In this document: one piece after another, positions 1 through 9,042 of the stretch
Layout of the letters: every line of letters begins with the position of its first letter
How positions within the stretch are numbered: position 1 is the first letter of the stretch
NCBI GenBank assembly: GCA_050298055.1
Contig: JBNKTL010000001.1
Span: forward strand, 1 to 64,000
Length of the DNA: 64,000 nucleotides
Direction of reading: 5' to 3'
From: Spirochaetota bacterium
Lineage (GTDB): Bacteria > Spirochaetota > UBA4802 > UBA5550
Translations under genes and position numbers: made by a program
The notes under the pieces: model-generated
Seen by the model: only the letters and a program-made list of their open reading frames with translations
Databases searched by the model: none
Told to the model about the DNA's origin: nothing

Positions 1-326
1 TTTTTCCTGAATCTTGGTAGGACTTTTGAAGAGTGTGTAAAAAAGTTTTTATTTTACGAAGAAGCCTATTGCAAGAGGATCGCCGTGTATTTTTGAAAAT
101 GGGGATACTGGAGGTCCGGGAGTTTTCTCCTGTTAATGGGAAAAATAGTGTATAGGGGTCAGAGCCTTTTAAGATTTTGCCATGCTAAAGTGCAAAGAAC
201 TTATAGGTAGAAGCAATATTCCCCTTTTAATTTAAGAAGAAGAACCGGAAAACATGAGAAAAAGTCTATAGTACCTAATAGGCGCGTTTATCATTTCCTT
301 AGGGTCAGAGCCCTTCTTTACTTCAT

Positions 327-1388
327 TCAATTATTTTCAGGCAGGGCCCAGAAGGAAGTGCCGGGGAGGGTCAGAGCCTTTCGGTGGACTTCCTTCTCCG
401 CATTCAGAATACCGGGGCGCCGCAGACCCGGCAGCACCTCAATATCATAAATCTCATCAACACTGCTCCGGTAGCGCAGCTCGGCCACAATACTTGCCGT
501 GGGCAGGTGCAGCACGGTAAAACCCGCAGACGTGGCATCATCGGCAATAGTCAGGTGCCTGAAGGCTGATGATTTTTTGCGGATCCGCGATTGGGCCACA
601 AAAAGGTAATCCCCCAGTCTCGACATACCCCGAATAAAACCGGGGACCTTCTTGATCACATCATATTTACCGGTACCGGTATCCATGGCAACGATCTCTC
701 CCGTAGCCGAAAGAAGGATGATCAGCCTGCCGTCATAGAGACGGGGAGTATGGGGCATGGGAAGGTCCCGGGCAACGATCTCTCCCGAAGGAACATGAAT
801 GAGCACGCCCCCGGTTGTAATGGTTTCCCGCCAGCTTTTCGCGCTGTCTCCTGTACCCAGGGCCGTCACCCAGAGGGGCGCGCCTTTGTCCATGGCCATG
901 CCGTTAAGGTGGCACCTATCTTCGGGCATGAGCTTCGTGATAAAAGATGGCTGCCACCGGGGGGCAGAGCTGAATCTATCATTAATGATACACAGGCAGG
1001 AAAAGAGAGTATTCACCGCCCAGAGCCCCCCTTCTCCCCATTCAAGGCCGTGTATGTCCAGGGTACCTGTGTAATAGGATGCCCGGGGCATGTAAATCGT
1101 GTCATAGGTCCCCGGCTGGGGGGGATATTTTGGCGCCAGGCTCGGTTCATGGGCCAGCACCGTTACCTCGTGCAGGGACGCAACGGCCAGGCGGTTCCCT
1201 TTCACTCCCAGGGCCATGGCTTGGGGAAAGGCCCGGGGAAGCTGTACCAGTTCTTCTTCATTTTTCGCGCTGATGACCACAACCTTCCCCGCCTGGTAGG
1301 TGCTGAGCACAACGGAGCATTGCAGCTGCCACAGGAGCTCGGGCAGGTTGGGTGAATGGGTACAGCTGTAGGGGGGAGGGGGTTTCAT
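327..1388 (-). CDS. TIGR03032 / DUF4915 family protein (beta-propeller-like, function unknown)
   Basis: Family motifs LSTYQAGK, YYTGxLDIH, WAVNTLFSCL, PEDRCHLNG, LPMPHTPR, VDEIYDI. Confidence 0.85.
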   Translation of the reverse strand: MKPPPPYSCTHSPNLPELLWQLQCSVVLSTYQAGKVVVISAKNEEELVQLPRAFPQAMALGVKGNRLAVASLHEVTVLAHEPSLAPKYPPQPGTYDTIYMPRASYYTGTLDIHGLEWGEGGLWAVNTLFSCLCIINDRFSSAPRWQPSFITKLMPEDRCHLNGMAMDKGAPLWVTALGTGDSAKSWRETITTGGVLIHVPSGEIVARDLPMPHTPRLYDGRLIILLSATGEIVAMDTGTGKYDVIKKVPGFIRGMSRLGDYLFVAQSRIRKKSSAFRHLTIADDATSAGFTVLHLPTASIVAELRYRSSVDEIYDIEVLPGLRRPGILNAEKEVHRKALTLPGTSFWALPENN

Positions 1389-1421
1389 AGAGAGTTTATT
1401 CCGGTTAAGGGCCGTTTGAGG

Positions 1422-2861
1422 TTACGGGATAATGATATTTTCATAGTAGCGGATATCACCGGTATTGTTACCTACAAACAAATCGAGATCACCGTCACCG
1501 TCTATATCAGCAAAAGCGAGAAATACCCGATCAAAACCTTGTGTATTCAGATCAGAGTCAATACCAAAGGGATCCTCCTGCAATGTGCTGGTAAAATCTG
1601 GGGACTCGGCAGTACCTGTATTTTCTGCAAGATAAGTTATTGTAAAAGGTTCGTTTCTAATACCGATTAAAAGATCCAGGTCGCCATCATTATCGATATC
1701 TACCAGCATGGGAGACAGGGCATTAGAGAAACTAATAAAATCAGGTATGCCGAAGGCATTTAGCTGGTCAGAGCCAAAGGTAAATGACTCAGCAGTACCG
1801 GTATTTTCAAAAAAATGAATTGTATCATCTACATATGCACCAGCCCTTCTACCGGCAAATATATCCAGATCACCGTCATTATCTATATCACCAATAGTAT
1901 CTATACTAAAATATCCAGTAACAAATATGCTACTTGGAGTGGCAAAAGAAGCGCTTCCAACTGAACCAGTATTTTCAAAAAACTTTATATCGCTATCAGT
2001 GATATATGAACTTAATAAGTCATAATCACCATCACCATCCATATCTGCAAAGGTAGCATACCCATAATACGCAGGAGGGAGAGTCCCTGAAGGTGTTGTC
2101 ATTGAAATAAAAGAGCCTGACTGGTTTTCATAAAAAATGAGGGCTGAATCAATGGATCCTGAACCAACATTAATCACAAGGTCCTGATCCCCATCTCCGT
2201 CAATATCTACAAAAGCCGGATATGTACTGTAGGATTCGCCTGGTAACCCAAAGGGATTATTACTACCCGTGGTATTCAACACCGGCATCCCATAAACCTC
2301 CATGCTTACGGGCACCTCATTCACCGATCCGGGAGAAAGATCAACCACGGCACTGCCCATGAGGTAGGCGTCGTACGCGGTCTCCGCCCTCACCCGGAAG
2401 GTACGGTTTGAACCCGCCGGAACTTTCACGGATATGCTCCCCGTGTCAAGGGGAATGGTTTCATTTATCTCATCCATGCCGCTGCCGGTGACCGTGAGGC
2501 TTATGCTTTCAATGGATGAGGGGGCCGCGTCCCGGGTGAACGCCGACCGGGCAAGGCTTTTTCCCTTTGTCCCCACGGTTATCTGCAGGCTCACCGACGC
2601 CGTATCGCCCCCGGTATAGCCGCACCCCAGGCCGGTAACCAGGGCAAGCACAGAGGCGAAAGAGACGGCGCTCTGAAGGGCGCCCTCGGAAAGGGGACCG
2701 CGGAGCCGGTTATAGAGCCGCTTGATCTCCCGTATTTCCCGGGAGCGGGCCCAGTATGACTGCCGGTAGAAGGTACCGTCCTCCATGCGGGCGTTCAGTG
2801 AACGGGACAGCTCCCTGAGGCGGTCCAGCTTTTCCTTGAAATTACGGGGTTTTTTTGCCAT
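1422..2861 (-). CDS. FG-GAP/VCBS-repeat lipoprotein with extended N-terminal leader
   Basis: Five DxDxDGDxD Ca-binding repeats in the C-half; hydrophobic stretch ending LGC at about aa 80; start reassigned to ATG 2861 (MAKKP) with AAGGA upstream. Confidence 0.8.
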   Translation of the reverse strand: MAKKPRNFKEKLDRLRELSRSLNARMEDGTFYRQSYWARSREIREIKRLYNRLRGPLSEGALQSAVSFASVLALVTGLGCGYTGGDTASVSLQITVGTKGKSLARSAFTRDAAPSSIESISLTVTGSGMDEINETIPLDTGSISVKVPAGSNRTFRVRAETAYDAYLMGSAVVDLSPGSVNEVPVSMEVYGMPVLNTTGSNNPFGLPGESYSTYPAFVDIDGDGDQDLVINVGSGSIDSALIFYENQSGSFISMTTPSGTLPPAYYGYATFADMDGDGDYDLLSSYITDSDIKFFENTGSVGSASFATPSSIFVTGYFSIDTIGDIDNDGDLDIFAGRRAGAYVDDTIHFFENTGTAESFTFGSDQLNAFGIPDFISFSNALSPMLVDIDNDGDLDLLIGIRNEPFTITYLAENTGTAESPDFTSTLQEDPFGIDSDLNTQGFDRVFLAFADIDGDGDLDLFVGNNTGDIRYYENIIIP

Positions 2862-3034
2862 TTTTTCTATCCTTTTTTCGGGATTACTCACCCTTTGCAT
2901 ACATGTAAAAGCAACCACGGCATATTTGCCGGGAATTATCCGGAGCACAACATCTTTTCGTTAAAATTACCGAAAGAAGATAAGATCGTCAAGTTTTTTT
3001 TGAGGGATCCCGGGGCTGTTTCAGTTTGCCAGGG

Positions 3035-5845
3035 TCATTCCGGCCAGTCCGGCTCCCTGTTTCCTCTCCCCCAGCCTGTGGAAAAATTTGTGTGATTTGT
3101 GACACTGCTCACATCCCAGCCGCTAATATCGTGATCTGAAAATGAAGAGGCATTATAAAACATATATCCCATACTGATGACATTGCTTACATTCCAATCG
3201 CTGATATCTCTGTTAAAAGAAGTTGCGTTACTAAACATACCACTCATTTGTGTAACACTTCTCACATCCCAACCATTGATATCCCCATTAAAGGAAGTGG
3301 CGCCATGAAACATACCATTCATATATATGACATTTTCCACATCCCAGTCGCTGATATCCCCATTAAAGGAAGTAGCGTTACTAAACATACTACCCATTTG
3401 AGTAACACTGATCACTTCCCAATCGCTGAGATCTCTGTTAAAAGAAGTGGCATTCTCAAACATTTGCTGCATATCTGTGACACTGCTCACTTTCCAGCTA
3501 CCAAGATCTCCGTTAAAAGAAGCGGCATTCTCAAACATTTGCTGCATATTTGTGACACTGCTCACATCCCAGCCGCTGATATCCCCATTAAAGGAAGTGG
3601 CGTTCTCAAACATATACTGCATATTTGTGACACTTCTCACATCCCAGGTACTGATATCTCCATTGAAATTAGAGGCATTAGCAAACATCCCTCTCGTAAT
3701 TATAACATTACTCACATCCCAATTACTAAGATCTCCGTTAAAGGAACTGGCGTCACGAAACATCCCATACATTTCCGTAACACCGGAGAGATCAGGGGCG
3801 TCTGTTGCGTTATATGTGAGGTTTGTGCATCCGTGGAAAGCGAATGCCATACTTGACCACACTATCTCCCCCCAGCTTTCTATGGTGAGGATCTTCTCTT
3901 TGTCCCCGGAATCATTAAAGTATATCCGCGGGAATCTCCCGGTTATGGCAACGGTATATATGCCGGGGTCCGCGTAGGTATGGGTGGCGCTGCCGGTGAG
4001 ATGGGTTTCAACACTGCCGTCTCCCCAGTCCACGGTGTAATCGTATGTTTCCCCGTCAAAGACCGGGATGGTTACCTGGTTATAGGCCGATTCCCCGGGG
4101 TTCCATGTCTTCCAGGTTGTGGCAAAACCCGCTTTCCACTTTGCGTAAAGGAGAAGGTCTCCGCTTCCCATGGTGAGGCTCTGACCCCCGGTATAATCCG
4201 TGCCGCTTCCGTCAGGGGCGGTATTCCACCCGGAGAAGAAATGGCCGGTCTTTTTAAGATTTCCCGTGTTGCCCTGCAGGGTGATAATATCCCCATCCGC
4301 GTAAATCGTGTTGTCAACAGGGACCGTCCCCCCTGTGGCGCCGTTACCGTCATAGCGGACCGTGTACGTTCCGCTCTCCAGCACCGCGGTGAAGCCAAAG
4401 AGATAATCAGACCCCAGCTTATCACCCCCGGCATCTTCAATACTCCCTGAGACCGTGAGATAATACCTCGTCCCCTGAACAAAATTATCCGCCGGGTCAA
4501 TCGCGGCAACCCCGCTGCCGTAAGAAAGACCAAAGGGGACGGGGTTGCCATCCCCGTCTCTCAGGAGAAGAGTCTCACTATTGATGGTCTCCTCATTCAT
4601 CTCCCTGTTAAAATCGATGAGAATGTCGGAATTAATGATTACACCTGTATCACCGGGGGCCGGAATGGTATAGATCACACGGGGCGCAGTATCCGTGCTC
4701 TCGCCGGTGGTCCCCTCTACGGTACTGTATAGATTTACCAGGTCATCGCTGTCCTTGACCGCCACGTTGAAATAATATGTGGTTAACGGATGGAGCCCGG
4801 TAACGGTGAAGTAATTCCGGTCAGGGGTCCAGTCCATGACTTTAACGCCATGAGATTCTGCGTCTTCAAAGGTGGAGATATTGTCACTCTCCGACATATA
4901 GACCCTGTAGCTCATCCCCATCTGCTGGTCTCCCGTTGAATTGTCCCGGTCGGTGGCATAGTTCCAGTTGAGGGTCATGCCGGCGCTTTTCAGGTCGGTC
5001 ACGCGTATCTCAGGATTACTAATATCAGGCATGGTCCCCTTTACATCAAAAGTGATTTCACGAAGAGAAACCTGCCCCATGTTGTCCACGACTTTGATGC
5101 GGACTATGGTCCCGGAACCTGCGGGGAGCCTCGGAATGCCCTCCGTATAATTATTATCGATAACATCGCTATCGGTTGAACCGCATACAGTGAAAACGGT
5201 ATCAGTGTCCTTTTTTATGAAAAAGAAATATCCCTCCGGGTCCATTTCATCCGCGGGTATTCCACTGTCCGCGAGGCTGACCTGGTAATACCCGTCCATA
5301 CTTGACCTGAATGTCACCGTGGAATACCCGTCGGCCCCCAGGGTGGTATTAACCGGTTCAAGGGTGATCGCGGGGCCCAGGCTGCTTGTTCCGATATTGA
5401 GAGTTGCCGAAACGGAGGCGTTTTTACTGTCGGTGACCTTTGCTGTTACGCTGACATCTTCTCCCCCGGAAATATTTCCCACGAGAAAGGTTATCCGGCT
5501 GTTCCCTCCCCCTTCTGCCTGGCCGGTAAAGCTTCCCTGGGAAGAGGTAAAGGCATATGTGAGAGGGTTCCCGTCGGGGTCAGAGCCTCTGCAGATGATG
5601 GTCATGATATCCCCGGGGGCGGGCTGACCGCTGAAATCGCTCACGAGTTCCAGGATCTGCGGCGCCCTGTTAGGCTCATAGTCCAGGTAGGCGTTGACGG
5701 CCCCGTCACTGCAGCCCATGAATAAAATAATTATTATTGAGAATAATAACAGAATGGAACGCAATCCGGATCTTATATGATTTTTACGGACTGTTAATTC
5801 AGAGTTGTCAGAAAAAGTACGCAGGCTAAAGATCTCTGTTCTCAT
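3035..5845 (-). CDS. Large surface lipoprotein: Ig-like, Fn3, Big_5-like, InlB B-repeat and PKD domains plus C-terminal BspA/DUF285 repeats
   Basis: Lipobox LFMGC; YTVRYDGNG..FSGWNT (InlB B-repeat); YTVDWGDG (PKD); 25-aa repeats MFxNAxSFNGDISxWDVSxVT; GGAGG RBS. Confidence 0.85.
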   Translation of the reverse strand: MRTEIFSLRTFSDNSELTVRKNHIRSGLRSILLLFSIIIILFMGCSDGAVNAYLDYEPNRAPQILELVSDFSGQPAPGDIMTIICRGSDPDGNPLTYAFTSSQGSFTGQAEGGGNSRITFLVGNISGGEDVSVTAKVTDSKNASVSATLNIGTSSLGPAITLEPVNTTLGADGYSTVTFRSSMDGYYQVSLADSGIPADEMDPEGYFFFIKKDTDTVFTVCGSTDSDVIDNNYTEGIPRLPAGSGTIVRIKVVDNMGQVSLREITFDVKGTMPDISNPEIRVTDLKSAGMTLNWNYATDRDNSTGDQQMGMSYRVYMSESDNISTFEDAESHGVKVMDWTPDRNYFTVTGLHPLTTYYFNVAVKDSDDLVNLYSTVEGTTGESTDTAPRVIYTIPAPGDTGVIINSDILIDFNREMNEETINSETLLLRDGDGNPVPFGLSYGSGVAAIDPADNFVQGTRYYLTVSGSIEDAGGDKLGSDYLFGFTAVLESGTYTVRYDGNGATGGTVPVDNTIYADGDIITLQGNTGNLKKTGHFFSGWNTAPDGSGTDYTGGQSLTMGSGDLLLYAKWKAGFATTWKTWNPGESAYNQVTIPVFDGETYDYTVDWGDGSVETHLTGSATHTYADPGIYTVAITGRFPRIYFNDSGDKEKILTIESWGEIVWSSMAFAFHGCTNLTYNATDAPDLSGVTEMYGMFRDASSFNGDLSNWDVSNVIITRGMFANASNFNGDISTWDVRSVTNMQYMFENATSFNGDISGWDVSSVTNMQQMFENAASFNGDLGSWKVSSVTDMQQMFENATSFNRDLSDWEVISVTQMGSMFSNATSFNGDISDWDVENVIYMNGMFHGATSFNGDINGWDVRSVTQMSGMFSNATSFNRDISDWNVSNVISMGYMFYNASSFSDHDISGWDVSSVTNHTNFSTGWGRGNREPDWPE
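3076..3790 (-). repeat. About nine 75-bp tandem repeats encoding DUF285 units
   Basis: Recurring cacatccc..ctgatatc..ttaaa.gaag at 75-bp period. Confidence 0.85.
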
Positions 5846-6260
5846 CCCCTTTACCTCCAGGATCTTTATGGAAAAGGGGTAAATGGTAACCCTTATTTTG
5901 GATATGTCAAATTAATAAATAAAATTGAATTCTGTTTTTTTACTCTCCCTAGATAATATAATGTCCTGATGTTTCATTATTGGACACAGAAAATTTCTTC
6001 TTTAATACTCTGACCCCAAATATTACAATATTTAATATTTGGTATAATTGAATATTATCTCTGAAGTGGCTTCTGATTGAGTGAGTAATTATATCAAAAT
6101 AATATTAGTTCCATAAAATCATCTACACCATAATTTCTCATGTAAGAAAATTGAAAGTTAATAATAGTATCCAGAGGGGAAATAAGGATGATATTCACCT
6201 TTTGCGAAAGTAAGAACGCGGCTGATAGCCCCTGGAAAAAATATTAATTATTCATAAACA

Positions 6261-6284
6261 GATTCCCGCCTTCGCGGGAATGAC
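6261..6284. repeat. ATTCCC-N8-GGGAAT palindrome (dRS3/RPE-like half element)
   Basis: gATTCCCgccttcgcGGGAATgac. Confidence 0.65.
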
Positions 6285-6416
6285 GGCAGCAGGACATAAA
6301 CCCGCAAAAAACAAAAAATGTATTTACACAGTGTAAAAAACATGATAAAAATCTCTGTGAAATTCAGTGCTCAGTAATAAAATTATTCTGTTCATATAAT
6401 GCAGGTAATATAGGAC

Positions 6417-7736
6417 ATGAAACGTATTACAAAGTTTTCTCTTCATAAACAGGTACTGGAAACACTCCCCGACGGGATCACCATCCAGGATACGGATTAT
6501 AACATTATCTATCAGAATACCTTTATGCAGAAGACCTTCGGCAGCCACATCGGGGAAAAGTGTTATGTTATCTACGAAAAACGGGAGCAGATCTGCGAAG
6601 GGTGCGGGCTGGAGAAGGCATTCAAAACAGGAAAACCAACAATGGTCCACCGTACGGCTCTTACACAGGACAAAGAAATGAGCCACTGGGAGAACTCCTG
6701 TTTTCCCCTGTTTGACAACGAGGGGGGTATTATAGCGGGAGTCGAGGTCTGCCGGGACGTCACAGACCGTGTTTCCCTGACAGAGGAGGTCAGGGAGAGG
6801 AGCATAGAGCTTGGAAAGCTCAACGACCAGCTGAATCGAAATAAAACGGAACTTGAAAAGCACAGAGAAGAACTGGAATCAGCCTACCGGGAACTGCAAC
6901 AGACCCACACGCAGCTGCTCCAGCAGGAAAAGATGGCCTCAATCGGCCAGCTGGCAGCGGGGATTGCCCACGAGATCAATACTCCCATCCAATTTGTGGT
7001 CAGTAATATCTCCTTTCTCCGTGATTCCTTCCATGAACTGCTGACAAGTATATGGGAGTACCGGGAAAAAATGGTCTCCGCAGATACTGATCTGTCGGCC
7101 GTCCCGGAGCTGCATGCGCAGATCCTTTCACTCTTCGAAGAGTGCGATCTCGAATACCTGAACAGGGAGATCCCCCTCGCCCTGGAACAAACGGCGGAAG
7201 GAGCCCGGCGCGTGGCAAAAATCGTCCATGCCATGAATAAATTCGCGTTTACGGGTAACACCGAGCTTGGACCTGTAGAGCTGGACGATCTTATCCATAC
7301 TACCATTGAGATCTCCCGCAACGCGTGGAAGCCGGTTGCGGAACTGGATGTGAAACTTGTCAACCCTCCCCTGGTCGTGAAGGGACGAAGGAGCGACCTG
7401 GGTCAGGTACTGCTCAACCTTATCATCAATGCCGTTGATGCCATTGCCGACGCCCTGCAGCAGGATAAAAAACCGGGACAGATCCATATCCTGACGCGGC
7501 GAAAGGAAAATTGGGGTGAAATTCTTGTAAAGGACTCGGGATGCGGTATTGAGTCCTCCCTGCTGACGAGAATTTTCGAACCGTTTTTTACCACAAAGGA
7601 CGTGGGACGGGGATCGGGCCAGGGACTGGCCATCGCCTACAATATTATCACCGAGTCCCACGGGGGGAAGCTCCTGGTGGAATCGAACCCGGGAAGGGGA
7701 AGTACTTTTACCGTACGGCTTCCCCTGGTGAGTTAA
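6417..7736 (+). CDS. Cytoplasmic PAS-domain sensor histidine kinase (NtrB-like)
   Basis: PAS domain, coiled coil, H-box LAAGIAHEINTP, N-box NLIINAVDA, DSGCG, FTTK, GxGQGL; no TM segment. Confidence 0.92.
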   Translation: MKRITKFSLHKQVLETLPDGITIQDTDYNIIYQNTFMQKTFGSHIGEKCYVIYEKREQICEGCGLEKAFKTGKPTMVHRTALTQDKEMSHWENSCFPLFDNEGGIIAGVEVCRDVTDRVSLTEEVRERSIELGKLNDQLNRNKTELEKHREELESAYRELQQTHTQLLQQEKMASIGQLAAGIAHEINTPIQFVVSNISFLRDSFHELLTSIWEYREKMVSADTDLSAVPELHAQILSLFEECDLEYLNREIPLALEQTAEGARRVAKIVHAMNKFAFTGNTELGPVELDDLIHTTIEISRNAWKPVAELDVKLVNPPLVVKGRRSDLGQVLLNLIINAVDAIADALQQDKKPGQIHILTRRKENWGEILVKDSGCGIESSLLTRIFEPFFTTKDVGRGSGQGLAIAYNIITESHGGKLLVESNPGRGSTFTVRLPLVS

Positions 7737-7756
7737 AGCATCTCTTTTCCGCTCAA

Positions 7757-8293
7757 TCACTCATCGATGGAGAATTCCCACGCGCACCAGTACTCCCCGG
7801 GATGATCATCGGGGGGACAGGATATGCACCGGGTCTTTATCCGGGGATCAACGGACCGTGCAAACTCCGTATACTCCACAATACCCACACTCTTACAGGG
7901 AAAGTCATCAAGCCCCTTCCGTTTCCGCGCGGACTGGACCCGGCAGTCAACCATCCGGAAAACGGCCCTGTTCTCACTCACCTCAACCGTCTCCTGGAGG
8001 TTGAGACGGGCATAGAGCCGGTGCTTCAGGCACTCCACAAGGGCCTTTATGCCCCCTCCCGGTTCCATGCCGAGCCGGGCCATTATCCTTTTCGCTTCCA
8101 CCACCGTAAACTTCTCCCAGGCATTGCGGTCCGCCTCAATAGCAGCATCCATCCCGTGGGCCTTCTCCACCGCCTGGAACCAGAGACCGTCATGGGCAAG
8201 CCAGTTCTTTGCATCGTCAACGATAATCTTTATGAGCTCCTCCTTGCTGAGATCAGAGAGCAGTTGTATACCTATGTCTTTCCTGTTTTCCAT
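7757..8293 (-). CDS. DUF6125 family protein
   Basis: AKNWLAHDGLWFQAVE, CRVQSARKRKG, FPCK, CxxCPPD, WCAWEF. Confidence 0.8.
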   Translation of the reverse strand: MENRKDIGIQLLSDLSKEELIKIIVDDAKNWLAHDGLWFQAVEKAHGMDAAIEADRNAWEKFTVVEAKRIMARLGMEPGGGIKALVECLKHRLYARLNLQETVEVSENRAVFRMVDCRVQSARKRKGLDDFPCKSVGIVEYTEFARSVDPRIKTRCISCPPDDHPGEYWCAWEFSIDE

Positions 8294-8518
8294 TTTGTTT
8301 TCCTTATTTATTTATAAGAGAATCAACTGTAGTTGATAATTAAATTTGCCACAATAAAATTAAAGCCCCCTCTGTTTTGTTATCTACAAAAGGCACCGTT
8401 GAAAAGATGTGTAAAAAGGGGGATAGGGAGCTCTTTTTCCTCTTTCTTCGTGATCTTTGTCTTAAATTCTTCTTCTTAATATCTCCTTCTCTGTGACTCT
8501 GTGGCAAACTCTTAAAAT

Positions 8519-8740
8519 TCAGGATTCCCTCTCCTTCAGAATCCGGCTCTTTTTCCGGGCGTTAAAATATATCATGCACGACTGCCTGAAGTTGCAGTGG
8601 ACCTTCGGAGATGTGCAGTAACAGCTGATGGCTTCAAGATCTTCGACCCTTGCTTCCTCACAGCAGCTCGTGCAGAAACCAAAATTAAATTTCTGGCAAA
8701 CTGCTATTGCTTCCTCTTCCGGATGGTTTTTACATTTCAT
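8519..8740 (-). CDS. Small Cys/His-rich putative Zn-binding protein (B-box-like)
   Basis: CxNHP, further Cys clusters FCxxCC, CxC and HCxFRxSC; GAGG RBS upstream. Confidence 0.7.
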   Translation of the reverse strand: MKCKNHPEEEAIAVCQKFNFGFCTSCCEEARVEDLEAISCYCTSPKVHCNFRQSCMIYFNARKKSRILKERES

Positions 8741-8884
8741 CTTTATATTCCTCTCTCGGCCTGGTTAATTATCTGTTAAATTATTGACTCATTCCATAAT
8801 ATTGAAGGTGTTTAAATCATATCAAGAAAAAAATAGACAGGATCACAGGATTAATAGGATTATTATTCTTTTAGAATAATATAT

Positions 8885-8985
8885 ATACTATTCAGCTATA
8901 TGAATATCAGCAATGTGTCCCCGCCGCCAAAGGCGGCGGGGACACATTATTAATCTATGTTTTAGCCATATAGCTGAGTCGTTAC
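8885..8985. repeat. Dispersed palindromic element, copy A
   Basis: Perfect 17-bp stem 8912-8948 plus outer IR tcagctatatg/catatagctga, ending agtcgttac. Confidence 0.85.
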
Positions 8986-9042
8986 AAAAAATCATTGAAC
9001 CGGTTTGCGATTGTCTGTATACTCCTTCCCATGAGGTAAGCC

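Noticed and set aside
3076..3790. DUF285 repeats as a CRISPR array or DGR template/variable repeat
   Set aside because: In-frame coding repeats with no unique spacers; no cas or reverse transcriptase gene in the window
8836..8862. Short degenerate acaggat repeats
   Set aside because: Too short and degenerate to support a feature
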